From Escherichia coli (GTDB taxonomy: Bacteria > Pseudomonadota > Gammaproteobacteria > Enterobacterales > Enterobacteriaceae), in the NCBI RefSeq assembly GCF_044647545.1, contig NZ_CP172818.1: a DNA stretch of 64,000 nucleotides. One strand, written 5' to 3'. The notes below the pieces were generated by a model that saw only the letters and a program-made list of their open reading frames with translations, searched no databases and had not been told where the DNA came from. Below are positions 10,302 to 20,984 of this stretch, piece after piece (position 1 is the first letter of the stretch; each line of letters starts with the position of its first letter). The translations under genes and the position numbers were made by a program.

Positions 10302-11573
10302 ATGCAGCACAACACACTACCGAAACACGATCAGAAAATGCCGTTTACACGCTACGACTTCGGCTGGGTTTTATTATGCATAGGCATGGCGATTGGTGCC
10401 GGAACCGTGCTGATGCCAGTACAAATTGGCTTGAAGGGAATTTGGGTATTTATTACCGCAGCGATCATTGCTTATCCTGCCACCTGGGTAGTGCAGGACA
10501 TTTATTTAAAAACCCTTTCTGAAAGCGATTCCTGTAATGACTACACCGATATTATCAGTCATTACCTGGGGAAGAACTGGGGAATTTTCCTCGGGGTTAT
10601 CTACTTTTTGATGATTATCCACGGGATTTTTATCTACTCTCTCTCCGTGGTTTTCGACAGCGCCTCGTACCTGAAAACCTTCGGTTTAACCGATGCCGAT
10701 CTTTCACAATCTCTACTTTATAAAGTCGCCATTTTCGCCGTACTGGTGGCAATTGCGTCTGGTGGTGAACGATTACTGTTTAAGATTTCCGGGCCAATGG
10801 TGGTGGTCAAAGTAGGGATTATCGTCGTGTTCGGTTTTGCGATGATCCCGCACTGGAATTTCGCCAATATAACCGCCTTCCCGCAAGCCTCCGTCTTTTT
10901 CCGCGATGTCCTGCTTACCATTCCCTTTTGCTTCTTTTCTGCGGTATTTATTCAGGTACTTAACCCAATGAATATTGCCTATCGTAAACGGGAAGCGGAT
11001 AAAGTACTGGCAACCCGGCTCGCGCTGCGTACCCACCGAATTAGTTATGTCACGCTCATCGCGGTGATCCTGTTTTTTGCCTTTTCGTTTACCTTCTCAA
11101 TTAGCCACGAAGAAGCCGTTTCTGCCTTTGAACAAAATATCTCGGCACTGGCACTGGCCGCGCAGGTGATCCCTGGGCATATCATTCATATCACCTCTAC
11201 GGTGCTGAATATCTTTGCCGTACTGACCGCATTCTTTGGCATTTATCTCGGTTTCCACGAGGCCATTAAAGGCATTATTCTCAATCTGTTAAGCCGAATT
11301 ATTGATACCAGGAAAATTAATTCACGCGTGCTGACTCTGGCGATCTGCGCTTTTATCGTCATTACGTTGACGATTTGGGTTTCGTTTCGTGTATCGGTGC
11401 TGGTGTTCTTTCAGTTGGGAAGCCCGTTATATGGCATTGTGTCGTGCCTCATTCCGTTTTTCCTGATCTATAAAGTCGCACAACTGGAAAAACTTCGCGG
11501 ATTTAAAGCCTGGCTGATTCTGCTTTACGGCATTTTGCTATGCTTGTCGCCACTGTTGAAGCTGATTGAGTAA
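10302..11573 (+). CDS. yhjV: Inner-membrane transporter YhjV (HAAAP family, serine/threonine/aromatic amino acid permease-like)
   Basis: ORF 10239..11573 trimmed to [12 protein letters not shown] (423 aa); polytopic membrane protein. Confidence 0.8.
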   Translation: MQHNTLPKHDQKMPFTRYDFGWVLLCIGMAIGAGTVLMPVQIGLKGIWVFITAAIIAYPATWVVQDIYLKTLSESDSCNDYTDIISHYLGKNWGIFLGVIYFLMIIHGIFIYSLSVVFDSASYLKTFGLTDADLSQSLLYKVAIFAVLVAIASGGERLLFKISGPMVVVKVGIIVVFGFAMIPHWNFANITAFPQASVFFRDVLLTIPFCFFSAVFIQVLNPMNIAYRKREADKVLATRLALRTHRISYVTLIAVILFFAFSFTFSISHEEAVSAFEQNISALALAAQVIPGHIIHITSTVLNIFAVLTAFFGIYLGFHEAIKGIILNLLSRIIDTRKINSRVLTLAICAFIVITLTIWVSFRVSVLVFFQLGSPLYGIVSCLIPFFLIYKVAQLEKLRGFKAWLILLYGILLCLSPLLKLIE

Positions 11574-11602
11574 ACCGGAGCGCACGGCCCCGGTTTTGTG
11601 AG

Positions 11603-12607
11603 TTAACGCTGCGGATTTTCATCCTGATCAACAGCAAAACAAGCTACCAGTTGACCGCCGTAGTCTTTTAGCTGCGGCTGCAACTGGGTGCAGGGGCCGA
11701 AGCGCCGACGACAGCGGGCGTTAAACGCGCAGCCCGGCGGTGGATTGAGCGGGCTTGGCAGTTCACCGGTGAGCTTGATGCGCTCGCGGCGATCGTCCGG
11801 GTTCAGGCGCGGCGTCGCGGAGAGTAGCGCCTGAGTGTACGGATGACGCGGGTTATTGAAGATTTGGTCCTTCGTTCCCTTCTCCACGCAGCGGCCCAGG
11901 TACATCACCATCACTTCATCGGCAATGTGCTCAACCACTGACAGGTCGTGGGAGATAAAGACATAAGACAGCCCCAACTCCTGCTGCAAATCCATCATCA
12001 GGTTGAGCACCTGCGCACGCACTGAGACGTCCAGCGCGGAAACCGGCTCATCGGCAATCACCACATCCGGGTCGAGCATCAGACCACGGGCAATGGCGAT
12101 ACGCTGACGCTGACCGCCGGAGAACATATGCGGATAGCGGTCGTAATGCTCGGTTTTCAGGCCGACTTTCGCCATCATCGACAGGGCTTTTTCCCGACGC
12201 TGATCTTTGCTTAAGCTGGTATTAATAAGCAGCGGCTCTTCAAGAATTTGCCCAACTTTTTTACGCGGATTTAGCGAACCATAGGGATTCTGAAAGACGA
12301 TCTGGATTTTCTGCCGACGCAACTTCTGCGCCTGCGGATCGTGCTTGAGCAGATCCTGCCCCTGGTAATACAGCTCACCACCGGTGGGCGTTTCGATCAT
12401 CGTCAGTAACCGACCGAGGGTCGATTTACCGCAGCCAGATTCACCTACTACTGCCAGCGTTTTGCCACGTTCAAGGTTAAACGAAACGCCGTCCAGCGCC
12501 TTCACCAGACGTTCCGGCGCGAACATACCTTTCTTCACCGGATAATGTTTTTTCAGGTCGATAGCCTGCAACAGCGGTTGTTGCGAGGTGGCCTCTTGCG
12601 TACTCAT
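11603..12607 (-). CDS. dppF: Dipeptide ABC transporter ATP-binding protein DppF
   Basis: 334-aa ORF; Walker [13 protein letters not shown] signature SGGQRQR and Walker B DEPVSALD visible. Confidence 0.9.
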   Translation of the reverse strand: MSTQEATSQQPLLQAIDLKKHYPVKKGMFAPERLVKALDGVSFNLERGKTLAVVGESGCGKSTLGRLLTMIETPTGGELYYQGQDLLKHDPQAQKLRRQKIQIVFQNPYGSLNPRKKVGQILEEPLLINTSLSKDQRREKALSMMAKVGLKTEHYDRYPHMFSGGQRQRIAIARGLMLDPDVVIADEPVSALDVSVRAQVLNLMMDLQQELGLSYVFISHDLSVVEHIADEVMVMYLGRCVEKGTKDQIFNNPRHPYTQALLSATPRLNPDDRRERIKLTGELPSPLNPPPGCAFNARCRRRFGPCTQLQPQLKDYGGQLVACFAVDQDENPQR

Positions 12608-13587
12608 AGTGTCGGCCTCCCGGCATCATCAAGTGGGTAGTGGCATTTGGACTGACGCCCGTCAGCGAGCATATTCAGCGCCGGTTCTTCAGCGCGGCAT
12701 TTGTCAGTGGCGTAGGGGCAGCGCGGGTTAAGCAGGCAGCCGTTCGGACGGTCATACTTGCCGGGAACAACACCTGGCAACGACGCCAGACGTTCTTTAT
12801 CCTGAGCAAATTCCGGCAGCGCACGCAGCAATGCCTGAGTATACGGGTGACGCGGCGCATGGAAGATGGCGTGCGCATCGCCCGTTTCTACTACCTGGCC
12901 TGCATACATCACGATAATTTTATGTGCCGCTTCCGCCACCAGCGCCAGGTCATGGGTAATTAACACCAGCGCCATGTTCTCTTTCTGCTGTAGCTCCAGC
13001 AGCAGTTCGATGATTTGCGCCTGAATGGTCACGTCCAGCGCGGTGGTCGGTTCATCGGCAATCAGCAGTTTTGGCCGACAGGCAATCGCTATGGCGATCA
13101 TCACGCGCTGGCTCATGCCGCCGGAAAGCTGATGCGGGTAAACATCCAGACGCGATGCCGGATCGGGAATACCGACCTGATTCAGCAGGTCAATCGCCCG
13201 CTGACGGCGGGTACTTTTGTTGCCGCCCTGATGCACCTTAATCGCTTCCATAATCTGGAAACCCACGGTGTAGCACGGGTTAAGGCTGGTCATCGGGTCC
13301 TGGAAGATCATCGCCACTTCGGCACCCACCAGGTTGCGGCGCTCTTTTTCTGAGATACGCTGTAAATCCTGACCGTTAAACTCCAGCTTTTCCGCCATTA
13401 CGCGGCCCGGATAATCAATCAGCCCCATAATCGCCAGCGAACTGACCGATTTACCAGAGCCGGACTCACCCACAATCCCGACCACTTCGCCCTGTTTTAC
13501 GCTGTAGCTGATGCGGTCTACGGCGCGGAACGGTGCGCTTTCGTCGCCGAAATGCACCGATAATTTATCTACATTTAATAACGCCAT
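12604..13587 (-). CDS. dppD: Dipeptide ABC transporter ATP-binding protein DppD
   Basis: 327-aa ORF; Walker A GESGSGKS and signature LSGGMSQR; 4-nt overlap with dppF. Confidence 0.9.
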   Translation of the reverse strand: MALLNVDKLSVHFGDESAPFRAVDRISYSVKQGEVVGIVGESGSGKSVSSLAIMGLIDYPGRVMAEKLEFNGQDLQRISEKERRNLVGAEVAMIFQDPMTSLNPCYTVGFQIMEAIKVHQGGNKSTRRQRAIDLLNQVGIPDPASRLDVYPHQLSGGMSQRVMIAIAIACRPKLLIADEPTTALDVTIQAQIIELLLELQQKENMALVLITHDLALVAEAAHKIIVMYAGQVVETGDAHAIFHAPRHPYTQALLRALPEFAQDKERLASLPGVVPGKYDRPNGCLLNPRCPYATDKCRAEEPALNMLADGRQSKCHYPLDDAGRPTL

Positions 13588-13597
13588 CTCGAACCTC

Positions 13598-14500
13598 TTA
13601 CTGCTTCAGTTTGGGATCGAGCGCGTCACGCAGACCGTCACCCATCAGGTTAAATGCCAGCACCGTCAGCAGTATCGCCAGACCCGGGAAGGTCACGACC
13701 CACCAGGCGCTTTGCGCAAACTGCAACACGTCGGAGAGCATAGTGCCCCACTCCGGTGTTGGCGGCTGAGCCCCCATGCCGAGGAAACCAAGAGCAGCCA
13801 TATCGAGAATGGCGTTAGAGAAACCGAGCGACGCCTGAACAATCAGCGGCGCAAGGCAGTTCGGGAAGATGTTAATAAACATCTGGCGCATTGCCCCGGC
13901 ACCCGCCACGCGAGACGCGGTGACGTAATCGCGGTTAACTTCCACCAGCACGGCGGCGCGGGTTAAGCGCACATAATGCGGCAGCGCAACGAAGGTTAGC
14001 GCCAGCGCGGCGTTACCAATCGACGGGCCGAAAATCGCCACCAGCACCAGTGCCAGCAGTAGACTTGGCAGCGCCAGCATGATATCGACCACGCGCATGA
14101 TGATGTTATCGACCAGACCGCCAAAGTAACCAGCGATCAGGCCGAGAATAACGCCCATAATCAGCGATAACACCACTACCAGACAGCCAACCAGCAGCGA
14201 CAAGCGCGCGCCGTACATCAGCCGCGACAGCACATCACGCCCCACGTCATCAGTGCCCAGCAAGTGCGCCATGCTGCCGCCTTCCTGCCAGGCTGGCGGG
14301 GCGAGCAGTGCATCGCGGAACTGTTCCGCCGGGTTATAGGGTGCAATCCAGTTGGCAAAGATCGCGATAAACAGCACGATGACGACGTAAACCAGCCCGA
14401 CAACCGCGCCTTTGTTGCGTTTAAAATAGTGCCAGAACTCCTGTAACGGGGTCATCGGCACCGGTGCGCTAATCACTTTATTTTCAGTAACCTGTGACAT
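13598..14500 (-). CDS. dppC: Dipeptide ABC transporter permease DppC
   Basis: 300-aa polytopic membrane ORF in the expected operon position. Confidence 0.9.
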   Translation of the reverse strand: MSQVTENKVISAPVPMTPLQEFWHYFKRNKGAVVGLVYVVIVLFIAIFANWIAPYNPAEQFRDALLAPPAWQEGGSMAHLLGTDDVGRDVLSRLMYGARLSLLVGCLVVVLSLIMGVILGLIAGYFGGLVDNIIMRVVDIMLALPSLLLALVLVAIFGPSIGNAALALTFVALPHYVRLTRAAVLVEVNRDYVTASRVAGAGAMRQMFINIFPNCLAPLIVQASLGFSNAILDMAALGFLGMGAQPPTPEWGTMLSDVLQFAQSAWWVVTFPGLAILLTVLAFNLMGDGLRDALDPKLKQ

Positions 14501-14509
14501 GATGTCCCC

Positions 14510-15529
14510 TTACTTCTTATGACGAATACGCGGGTTCACCACGCCGTACAGCAAATCGACCAGCAGGTTGACGAGGATAATCATCGTCGCCACCAGCAAT
14601 ACGCCGCCCTGCACTACCGGATAATCGCGGCGTTGCAGTGCGTCAATCAACCAGCGCCCCAGACCGGGCCACGAGAAGATGGTTTCAGTCAGAATCGCCC
14701 CCGCCAGCAATGTTCCCACCTGCAGGCCGATAACGGTCACCACCGGCAGCATCGCGTTACGCAGCGCATGGACGATAATCACCCGCATCCGGGTAAGACC
14801 TTTGGCACGCGCGGTGCGGATATAATCTTCGCCCAGCACTTCCAGCATCGAGGAGCGCGTCATACGCACAATGACCGCCAGCGGGATGGTACCCAGCACA
14901 ATGGCGGGTAGGATCATATGGGCGACGGCATCGATAAAGTTACCGTCTTCACCCCAGATGGCGGTGTCGATCAGCATAAAACCGGTTAACGGATTGGAAT
15001 CATCGAGGAACACCATGTCGCTCACACGACCGGAGACAGGCGTCAGGTTCCAGTGCACCGAAACCAGCATGATCAGCATCATGCCCCACCAGAAAATTGG
15101 CATCGAGTAGCCGGTCAGCGCCAGGCCAACCGCTGTGTGATCGAAAATGGAACCACGTTTAACCGCAGCCAGCACACCAACCGGAATACCGACTGCCGTC
15201 GCAAAAATCATCGCGCAGACGCCAAGTTCCAGCGTAGCCTGAAAGCGCGGCACGAACTCTTCCCATACCGGAATTCGGCTTTTCATGGAAATGCCTAAAT
15301 CACCGTGCATTACGCCCCAAATGTAATGGAGATACTGCTGCCACATCGGTTTATCTAAGCCGAGTTCAGCCAGCAATTGCGCGTGACGCTCTGGGGAGAT
15401 CCCACGCTCGCCCGCCATGATCATCACCGGATCGCCCGGGATCATGTGGACAAAGGCAAATGTGAGAAGGGTAATACCGATAAACGTGGGGATGACGAGT
15501 CCCAAACGTCGGAGAATAAACTGCAACAT
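14510..15529 (-). CDS. dppB: Dipeptide ABC transporter permease DppB
   Basis: 339-aa polytopic membrane ORF in the expected operon position. Confidence 0.9.
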   Translation of the reverse strand: MLQFILRRLGLVIPTFIGITLLTFAFVHMIPGDPVMIMAGERGISPERHAQLLAELGLDKPMWQQYLHYIWGVMHGDLGISMKSRIPVWEEFVPRFQATLELGVCAMIFATAVGIPVGVLAAVKRGSIFDHTAVGLALTGYSMPIFWWGMMLIMLVSVHWNLTPVSGRVSDMVFLDDSNPLTGFMLIDTAIWGEDGNFIDAVAHMILPAIVLGTIPLAVIVRMTRSSMLEVLGEDYIRTARAKGLTRMRVIIVHALRNAMLPVVTVIGLQVGTLLAGAILTETIFSWPGLGRWLIDALQRRDYPVVQGGVLLVATMIILVNLLVDLLYGVVNPRIRHKK

Positions 15530-15602
15530 AACCCGGATTCTCTATAATGACCCGCAGCCTGGAACTGCGTGTCTGTATTGCTCACAAATCAATTCCCGCC
15601 TT

Positions 15603-15672
15603 TGTGGGACAGGGAATGAAGTATTGCTGCCGGATGGCGCTGCACGCAGAGGCACAGCGCCACCGGGTATGG
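15603..15672. repeat. REP-like palindromic stem-loop in the dppA-dppB intergenic region
   Basis: Imperfect palindrome ccggatggcgctg...cagcgccaccgg in the 150 bp spacer downstream of dppA; a candidate REP or attenuating hairpin. Confidence 0.45.
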
Positions 15673-15679
15673 CTTTTAA

Positions 15680-17287
15680 TTATTCGATAGAGACATTTTC
15701 GAAGTGATGTTTGCCTAATGGATCAACCACATAGCCTTTAACTTCTTTGCGTACCGGTTCAAACACGGTGGAGTGAGCGATGATCAGTGCCGGAGCCTGA
15801 TCGTGCATCACGACCTGTGCTTGTTTGTACAGTTCAACACGTTTATTGTGGTCGTCGGTAGCACGCGCCGGTTGAATCAGATCTTCAAACGGTTTGTAGC
15901 ACCATTTTGAGTAGTTGGAGCCTTGTTCAGAGGCGGCGCAGCTGAACAGGGTGGCGAAGAAGTTATCCGGATCCCCGTTATCGCCAGTCCAGCCCATCAT
16001 TACCGTCTGATGCTCGCCATCTTTCGCACGCTTGAGGTACTCACCCCATTCGTAGGTGACGATTTTGGCCTGCACGCCCACTTTCGCCCAGTCTGCCTGA
16101 ATCATCTCCGCCATGCGGCGAGCATTCGGGTTATACGGACGTTGTACTGGCATTGCCCACAGGTCGATGGAGAAACCTTTTTCCAGACCCGCTTCTTTCA
16201 GCAAGGCTTTCGCTTTTTCAGGATCGTAAGTGTAGTCCTGAACGTCGTCGTTATAGCCCCACATGGTTGGCGGGATCAGGTTTTTCGCTGATACGCCCGC
16301 GCCCTGATAAACTGCTTTGATGATGGCGTCTTTGTTCACCGCGTAGGTCAGAGCCTGGCGAACTTTCACGTCATCCAGTGGTTTTTTCTGCACGTTATAC
16401 GAGAGATAACCGACATTCAGCCCCGGCATTTCCATCAGGTTGATGGATTTATCCTGCTTCATGCGGGCGATATCTGCCGGGTTCGGGTACGGCATCACCT
16501 GGCATTCGTTCTTCTGCAATTTCGCGTAACGCACGGAAGCGTCAGGAGTAATAGAGAAGACCAGCGTATCGATCTTCGGTTTGGTGCCCCAGTAGCCATC
16601 AAACGCTTTATAGCGAATACGGGAATCTTTCTGGTACTGCTGTAACTGGAACGGGCCGGTACCGATTGGGTTGAGATCCAGTTTTTCCGGTGTACCGGCT
16701 TTCATCATCGCGTCAGCATATTCTTTTGACAGAATAGAGGCGAAGTCCATTGCCAGGTCAGCGAGGAACGGCGCTTCCGGGCGAGTCAGCACAAACTGAA
16801 CGGTGTTATCGTCCACCTTTTTCACTTCGCTGATCAGCTCCGGCAAGCCCATGCCTTCAAAGTATTCGTAGCTGCCGCCAGAAACTTTATGGTACGGGTT
16901 TTGCGCGTTTTTCTGACGATCGAACGAGAACACCACGTCATCGGCGTTCAGTTCGCGCGTCGGTTTGAATTCTTTATTGTCGTGCCACTTCACACCTTTA
17001 CGCAGATGGAAGGTATAGGTTTTACCGTCTTCGCTGACTTCCCACTTTTCAGCGAGGCCCGGGATCACTTCGGTGGTGCCGATTTTAAATTCAACCAGAC
17101 GGTTATAAAGCGGTACGGAAGAGGCGTCATAGGTGGTGCCGGAGGTAAACAGCTGCGGGTTAAACCCTTCCGGAGATCCTTCTGAGCAATAAACCAGAGT
17201 TTTAGCCTGAACACTTGCTGCGACGGTCATAGCCACCAGGCTGAGACCAAGCTTCAGCATCCCTGACTTTTTCAAGGAAATACGCAT
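15680..17287 (-). CDS. dppA: Periplasmic dipeptide-binding protein DppA
   Basis: 535-aa ORF with N-terminal signal peptide (MRISLKKSGMLKLGLSLVAMTVAASVQA); solute-binding protein family 5. Confidence 0.9.
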   Translation of the reverse strand: MRISLKKSGMLKLGLSLVAMTVAASVQAKTLVYCSEGSPEGFNPQLFTSGTTYDASSVPLYNRLVEFKIGTTEVIPGLAEKWEVSEDGKTYTFHLRKGVKWHDNKEFKPTRELNADDVVFSFDRQKNAQNPYHKVSGGSYEYFEGMGLPELISEVKKVDDNTVQFVLTRPEAPFLADLAMDFASILSKEYADAMMKAGTPEKLDLNPIGTGPFQLQQYQKDSRIRYKAFDGYWGTKPKIDTLVFSITPDASVRYAKLQKNECQVMPYPNPADIARMKQDKSINLMEMPGLNVGYLSYNVQKKPLDDVKVRQALTYAVNKDAIIKAVYQGAGVSAKNLIPPTMWGYNDDVQDYTYDPEKAKALLKEAGLEKGFSIDLWAMPVQRPYNPNARRMAEMIQADWAKVGVQAKIVTYEWGEYLKRAKDGEHQTVMMGWTGDNGDPDNFFATLFSCAASEQGSNYSKWCYKPFEDLIQPARATDDHNKRVELYKQAQVVMHDQAPALIIAHSTVFEPVRKEVKGYVVDPLGKHHFENVSIE

Positions 17288-17857
17288 TATTCTGCTCCAA
17301 TTGTGATGTTTGTTGTTTTAACCCTTTGCAGTGGGTTGTCGCCGCCTGACCTTTTTTGTTTTTTGCCCGGTCGGGTCAACGTTATGAGGTGGGGATGCCG
17401 TACTAATTAACATCAGTGTAACAGTGCGGATCCTCCAGAAAATGCCCCTCGTGACCTACAATCTGTCAACAGAATGTGAAAACGTCAATACAGCCAACCG
17501 GGATTTACACCAACGGTGAGAATCAACAAACAAAGATTAAAAAAACTTCAAACAGCTATTTGCAGCAGAGAAATTTGTGCTACGCCAACACAACCAGAAC
17601 AATCAGCTTAATATTTAGCAACATTTGGTGATTAAGTTTTATGCATTTAATGAAAAAAATCTGAGGTAAAGGTGGATATCTGAGCGATTAATACCATGAA
17701 CGCTAAAACGCACAGGGGAAAATGCCAGCGCCAGCCATAAGTAACGCAAAAAAAGATTTAAGCAAATATAAAAAAAGACAATGGTTTCTGTCACAAATCC
17801 GTTAATGGATAGTGAGATATGGGGCGCAAATTTGGCAGGGAAATGTGTGGTGTGTAG

Positions 17858-17960
17858 ATCGGATAAGGCGGTCGCGCCGCATCCGACAATGGGCCGGTAC
17901 ATTTGCCTGATGCGACGCTGACGCGCCTTATCAGGCCTGCATCGAGTCGAACCTCCTTGT
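17858..17960. repeat. BIME/REP element (two inverted REP units)
   Basis: ggataaggcggtcgcgccgcatccgaca followed by gcctgatgcgacgctgacgcgccttatcaggcctgc; matches the REP consensus pattern (GCCGGATGCGGCG...CTTATCAGGCCTAC). Confidence 0.6.
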
Positions 17961-18139
17961 CCCCCGATAAGACCGGTATTTCAATCACCACATGAGACTT
18001 CAGACGCATACAAGCTCTGCATCAATTAGCATGCTAATTTCGCCTTTGCAGTGACAGCTGATATACACGTGCTTCTGGCCAGCCCTGCGGCCTTTAACAG
18101 GTCAGACTGGCAGTGTCCGCACCTCAGGTTCTGGATGAC

Positions 18140-18690
18140 TTTCGCTTTTTCTCCAGCTCCAGGCCCTTTTTTTCCAGGAGATGCTCCTGCATGGCTTTCA
18201 GATATTCATTTTTGGGCGGAAAATACGCGGGTCTTTTTTTCTCTCTTTCCGGGTTCTGTTTTCCTCGTTTTTATGGGTGTCATCAAAAAGGGGTTTGCTT
18301 TTCTCCTTCCTGCGCCTTAAAAAGGCCTCATCACCAGATTTTTTGGTTCCTTTTTTCCCATTTTTTAACCGGTTTTGGGTGGGGAAGTTTAAACCGGGGG
18401 GCGCCCGGGGGAGAGACACAATAACCGAGAGGATAAAAAAACACGCAAAGTTTTTTTTTTGGAGAAAAGAGCGCTGGTGTGTGTGTACAATGGTGTGAGA
18501 GGGGGGAGGAGAAAAAAAAAAAATATAGTGTGGGAGGGGGGGGTGTGAAAGAGGTAATATTGTTGTGGTAGAGAAGATATGACGACATGAGGGGAGGTGA
18601 TGTTTTATGGGGGGGTGTTTTTTTTAATATATGTGTGTTATATACTGTGCTTTTAGATGTGAGATAATGTTTGATATATGGGCAGTTCAT
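18140..18690. other. Anomalous low-complexity, homopolymer-rich, C-depleted tract (non-coding; probable artefact or foreign/synthetic insert)
   Basis: Runs of T (up to 10), A (12) and G (8), GT dinucleotide repeats, near absence of C on the plus strand after about 18470, and no plausible ORF; composition unlike the flanking E. coli sequence. Confidence 0.6.
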
Positions 18691-18765
18691 GGCGCGTCTT
18701 ATCAGGCCTACGTCGAATCGAACCTCCCCGCCCCCGGGGGTTCTCTTCCTCATGAGCTACAGATG

Positions 18766-18794
18766 CAAAAAAGCCTGCTCGTTGAGCAGGCTTT
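18766..18794 (-). terminator. Rho-independent terminator of proK
   Basis: Hairpin gcctgctc-gttg-agcaggc followed by a T-run on the minus strand, 8 nt downstream of the tRNA 3' end. Confidence 0.7.
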
Positions 18795-18801
18795 TCGAAT
18801 T

Positions 18802-18878
<77 letters not shown>

Positions 18879-18969
18879 AATGCGGGGCGCATCTTACTGC
18901 GCAGATACGCCCTCGTCAATCCCTTAATAGCAAAATGCCTTTTGATCGGCGAGAAAGTCAGCAGGCTTC

Positions 18970-20661
18970 TTAGTTAGCCGCTGCCTCTTTTGCCTGCGGG
19001 ATGTGGCACCAGTTGTTGTTTTCGTTAATTCCACCATCCGGTGAAGTATAGCCAAGACACCCCATGATGGTGTCGTACAGCTCTACATGACGGCGTGGCA
19101 CTTTCATGTCGGCTTCTTTTTTCAGCTGCGCAAATGCCTGCGCATTGACCGGATTTTCCAGATATTTATCCGACATCCAGACCATCATCGGCACACGGAA
19201 CTGTTCCGGCGGTGCCAGTTCACGCGGCGTGCCGTGCAGGTGCTCGCGTTCATTAATTGACTCACCGTGGTCAGCTGCATAGAACACAATCGCTTTCTTA
19301 TCGCGAACCTGATCAATCACGCTGGAAATAAAGTGATCCACATAGGTCACCGAGTTGTCGTATGAGTTGATCATCTGCGCTTTGGTACAGCCGCTATCAA
19401 CACCAATACATTCCGGCTTCCACTGCGCAAAGCTGCGCGGGTAACGCTGGGTGTAGTTAAAGTGTGAGCCTTTGGTATGCAGAATGATCAGATGCTTACC
19501 ATCCGGGTTGCGCCCCAGCGACTGCTGCATTTCGTCTACCAGCAACATATCATCTACCGGTTTGCCACGGTTACGTGGCTCCGCACCAATCTGCTCACGA
19601 TAAGCAATGTTGTCCGCCATCGTATTGCTGTAGAACCACATTTCGCTTTGCATAGCGTAGAGATCAGAAGTGAATCCTAACTGCTTCAGCACCGCGAAAA
19701 TATTCTGTTCTTTTAATGTGCGCTGCGGATTATCTTCTGCTCCACCCTGACGTACAAACATGCAACGCAGTGAGAGTTTGGTTGCAGTATCACAGGAGTA
19801 ACCACGGAACGCCGCCAGATTTTTCTCCTGAGCCAGTTTCGGTGTGGTATTGCGTTCATAGCCGAAAATGCCCATATGATCCCAGCGCGTGGTTTCACCA
19901 ATAATGAAAACGACATATGTATCATCAACGTTTTGTGGAGCCTGGTACGTAAACTTCTTCGCAGGGTTAAGGAGAGAATTGTTATCGGAAGATTCATCGA
20001 CCCGCGCCCAGGCATAAAGACCTAATGCCGAAAGCCAGTTTGATGGCAGATAAGAGTTCGCGACGACGCCGCCATAACTCGGCAAATCAACACCTGTCGC
20101 CCTCTCCACTTTCTTCTGCTGGATATCCAGCAAACGAATCGGTGCCCAAACCATAATACCTGCCAGTACGACGACCGCCAGGCTGCGAATACGCTGCCCT
20201 GGGGTTCGCAGTTGTCGGAGCAAGGTGTAACGACAGCGGTTATTCCAGATAAGGATAAGAGGCAACGCGCTTACGGCGATTAACCAGAGAATAAAGTTCA
20301 GACCAACAACTTCTTTTGACAGGTCGATATCGGTGGTCATGACGGATGCGATGATGCCATAACCAATGACTACATTAAGGAAGGTCATGTAATAGCTGGC
20401 ACCTGCGGAAAAGAGCACCACCAGCGATGCCAGAATACGCCAGCTGCGGCGGCCAAACAGCGAAAGAAGACGTAGTAAAAAGAAGGTCACCAGTACGGTG
20501 GCAGCCAGTTCAACAACAGCAGAAATGCCTTTCCAGACGGTAAAATCGTGCGCATAGCTGCCGAAACGGCGGTAAAAAACCGCGCCATTCATAAAAAGGC
20601 CAATATAGATTGCAAGCAAAAAGCTCAGCTTCTGCTGTGTAATCGATTTGATGTATCTCAT
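18970..20661 (-). CDS. eptB: Kdo2-lipid A phosphoethanolamine transferase EptB
   Basis: ORF 18970..20694 trimmed to [14 protein letters not shown] (563 aa); N-terminal TM helices plus a sulfatase-type catalytic domain. Confidence 0.85.
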   Translation of the reverse strand: MRYIKSITQQKLSFLLAIYIGLFMNGAVFYRRFGSYAHDFTVWKGISAVVELAATVLVTFFLLRLLSLFGRRSWRILASLVVLFSAGASYYMTFLNVVIGYGIIASVMTTDIDLSKEVVGLNFILWLIAVSALPLILIWNNRCRYTLLRQLRTPGQRIRSLAVVVLAGIMVWAPIRLLDIQQKKVERATGVDLPSYGGVVANSYLPSNWLSALGLYAWARVDESSDNNSLLNPAKKFTYQAPQNVDDTYVVFIIGETTRWDHMGIFGYERNTTPKLAQEKNLAAFRGYSCDTATKLSLRCMFVRQGGAEDNPQRTLKEQNIFAVLKQLGFTSDLYAMQSEMWFYSNTMADNIAYREQIGAEPRNRGKPVDDMLLVDEMQQSLGRNPDGKHLIILHTKGSHFNYTQRYPRSFAQWKPECIGVDSGCTKAQMINSYDNSVTYVDHFISSVIDQVRDKKAIVFYAADHGESINEREHLHGTPRELAPPEQFRVPMMVWMSDKYLENPVNAQAFAQLKKEADMKVPRRHVELYDTIMGCLGYTSPDGGINENNNWCHIPQAKEAAAN

Positions 20662-20882
20662 GCAAACAAACCCTGGACAAACAGGTGATAACACCCTGCT
20701 TAGCGGCTTTTCAGGCCCGGCAGGGGAAAAGTGCGGAGGTAGTCAGATAAGTAAAATCTACACGCGCGAATAAGTAGACCACAGCAAAGGGAAAAAGTGT
20801 GGGGAAAGAGTGTGCATGAAGCACAAATTTACAAAAATGCAAGTTTGAAAAGAGACTTTAGCGTTACAAAAAGCAGTAAAAA

Positions 20883-20912
20883 GGGCCAGTTAACTGGCCC
20901 AAATTTTACGCG
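20883..20912 (-). terminator. Rho-independent terminator downstream of yhjX
   Basis: Hairpin gggccagttaactggccc followed by a T-run on the minus strand. Confidence 0.55.
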
Positions 20913-20984
20913 TCATTGTTTATACATTGCGTTGAAGCGTTTGATTCACACTAAGGCTAAAGCCCAGTAGCTCGCGGCAGATGA

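Noticed and set aside
18051-18753. Overlapping ORFs on both strands inside the anomalous tract (up to 140 aa)
   Set aside because: Translations are homopolymeric or low-complexity (poly-F, poly-K, poly-G); they are produced by the nucleotide composition and are not genes.
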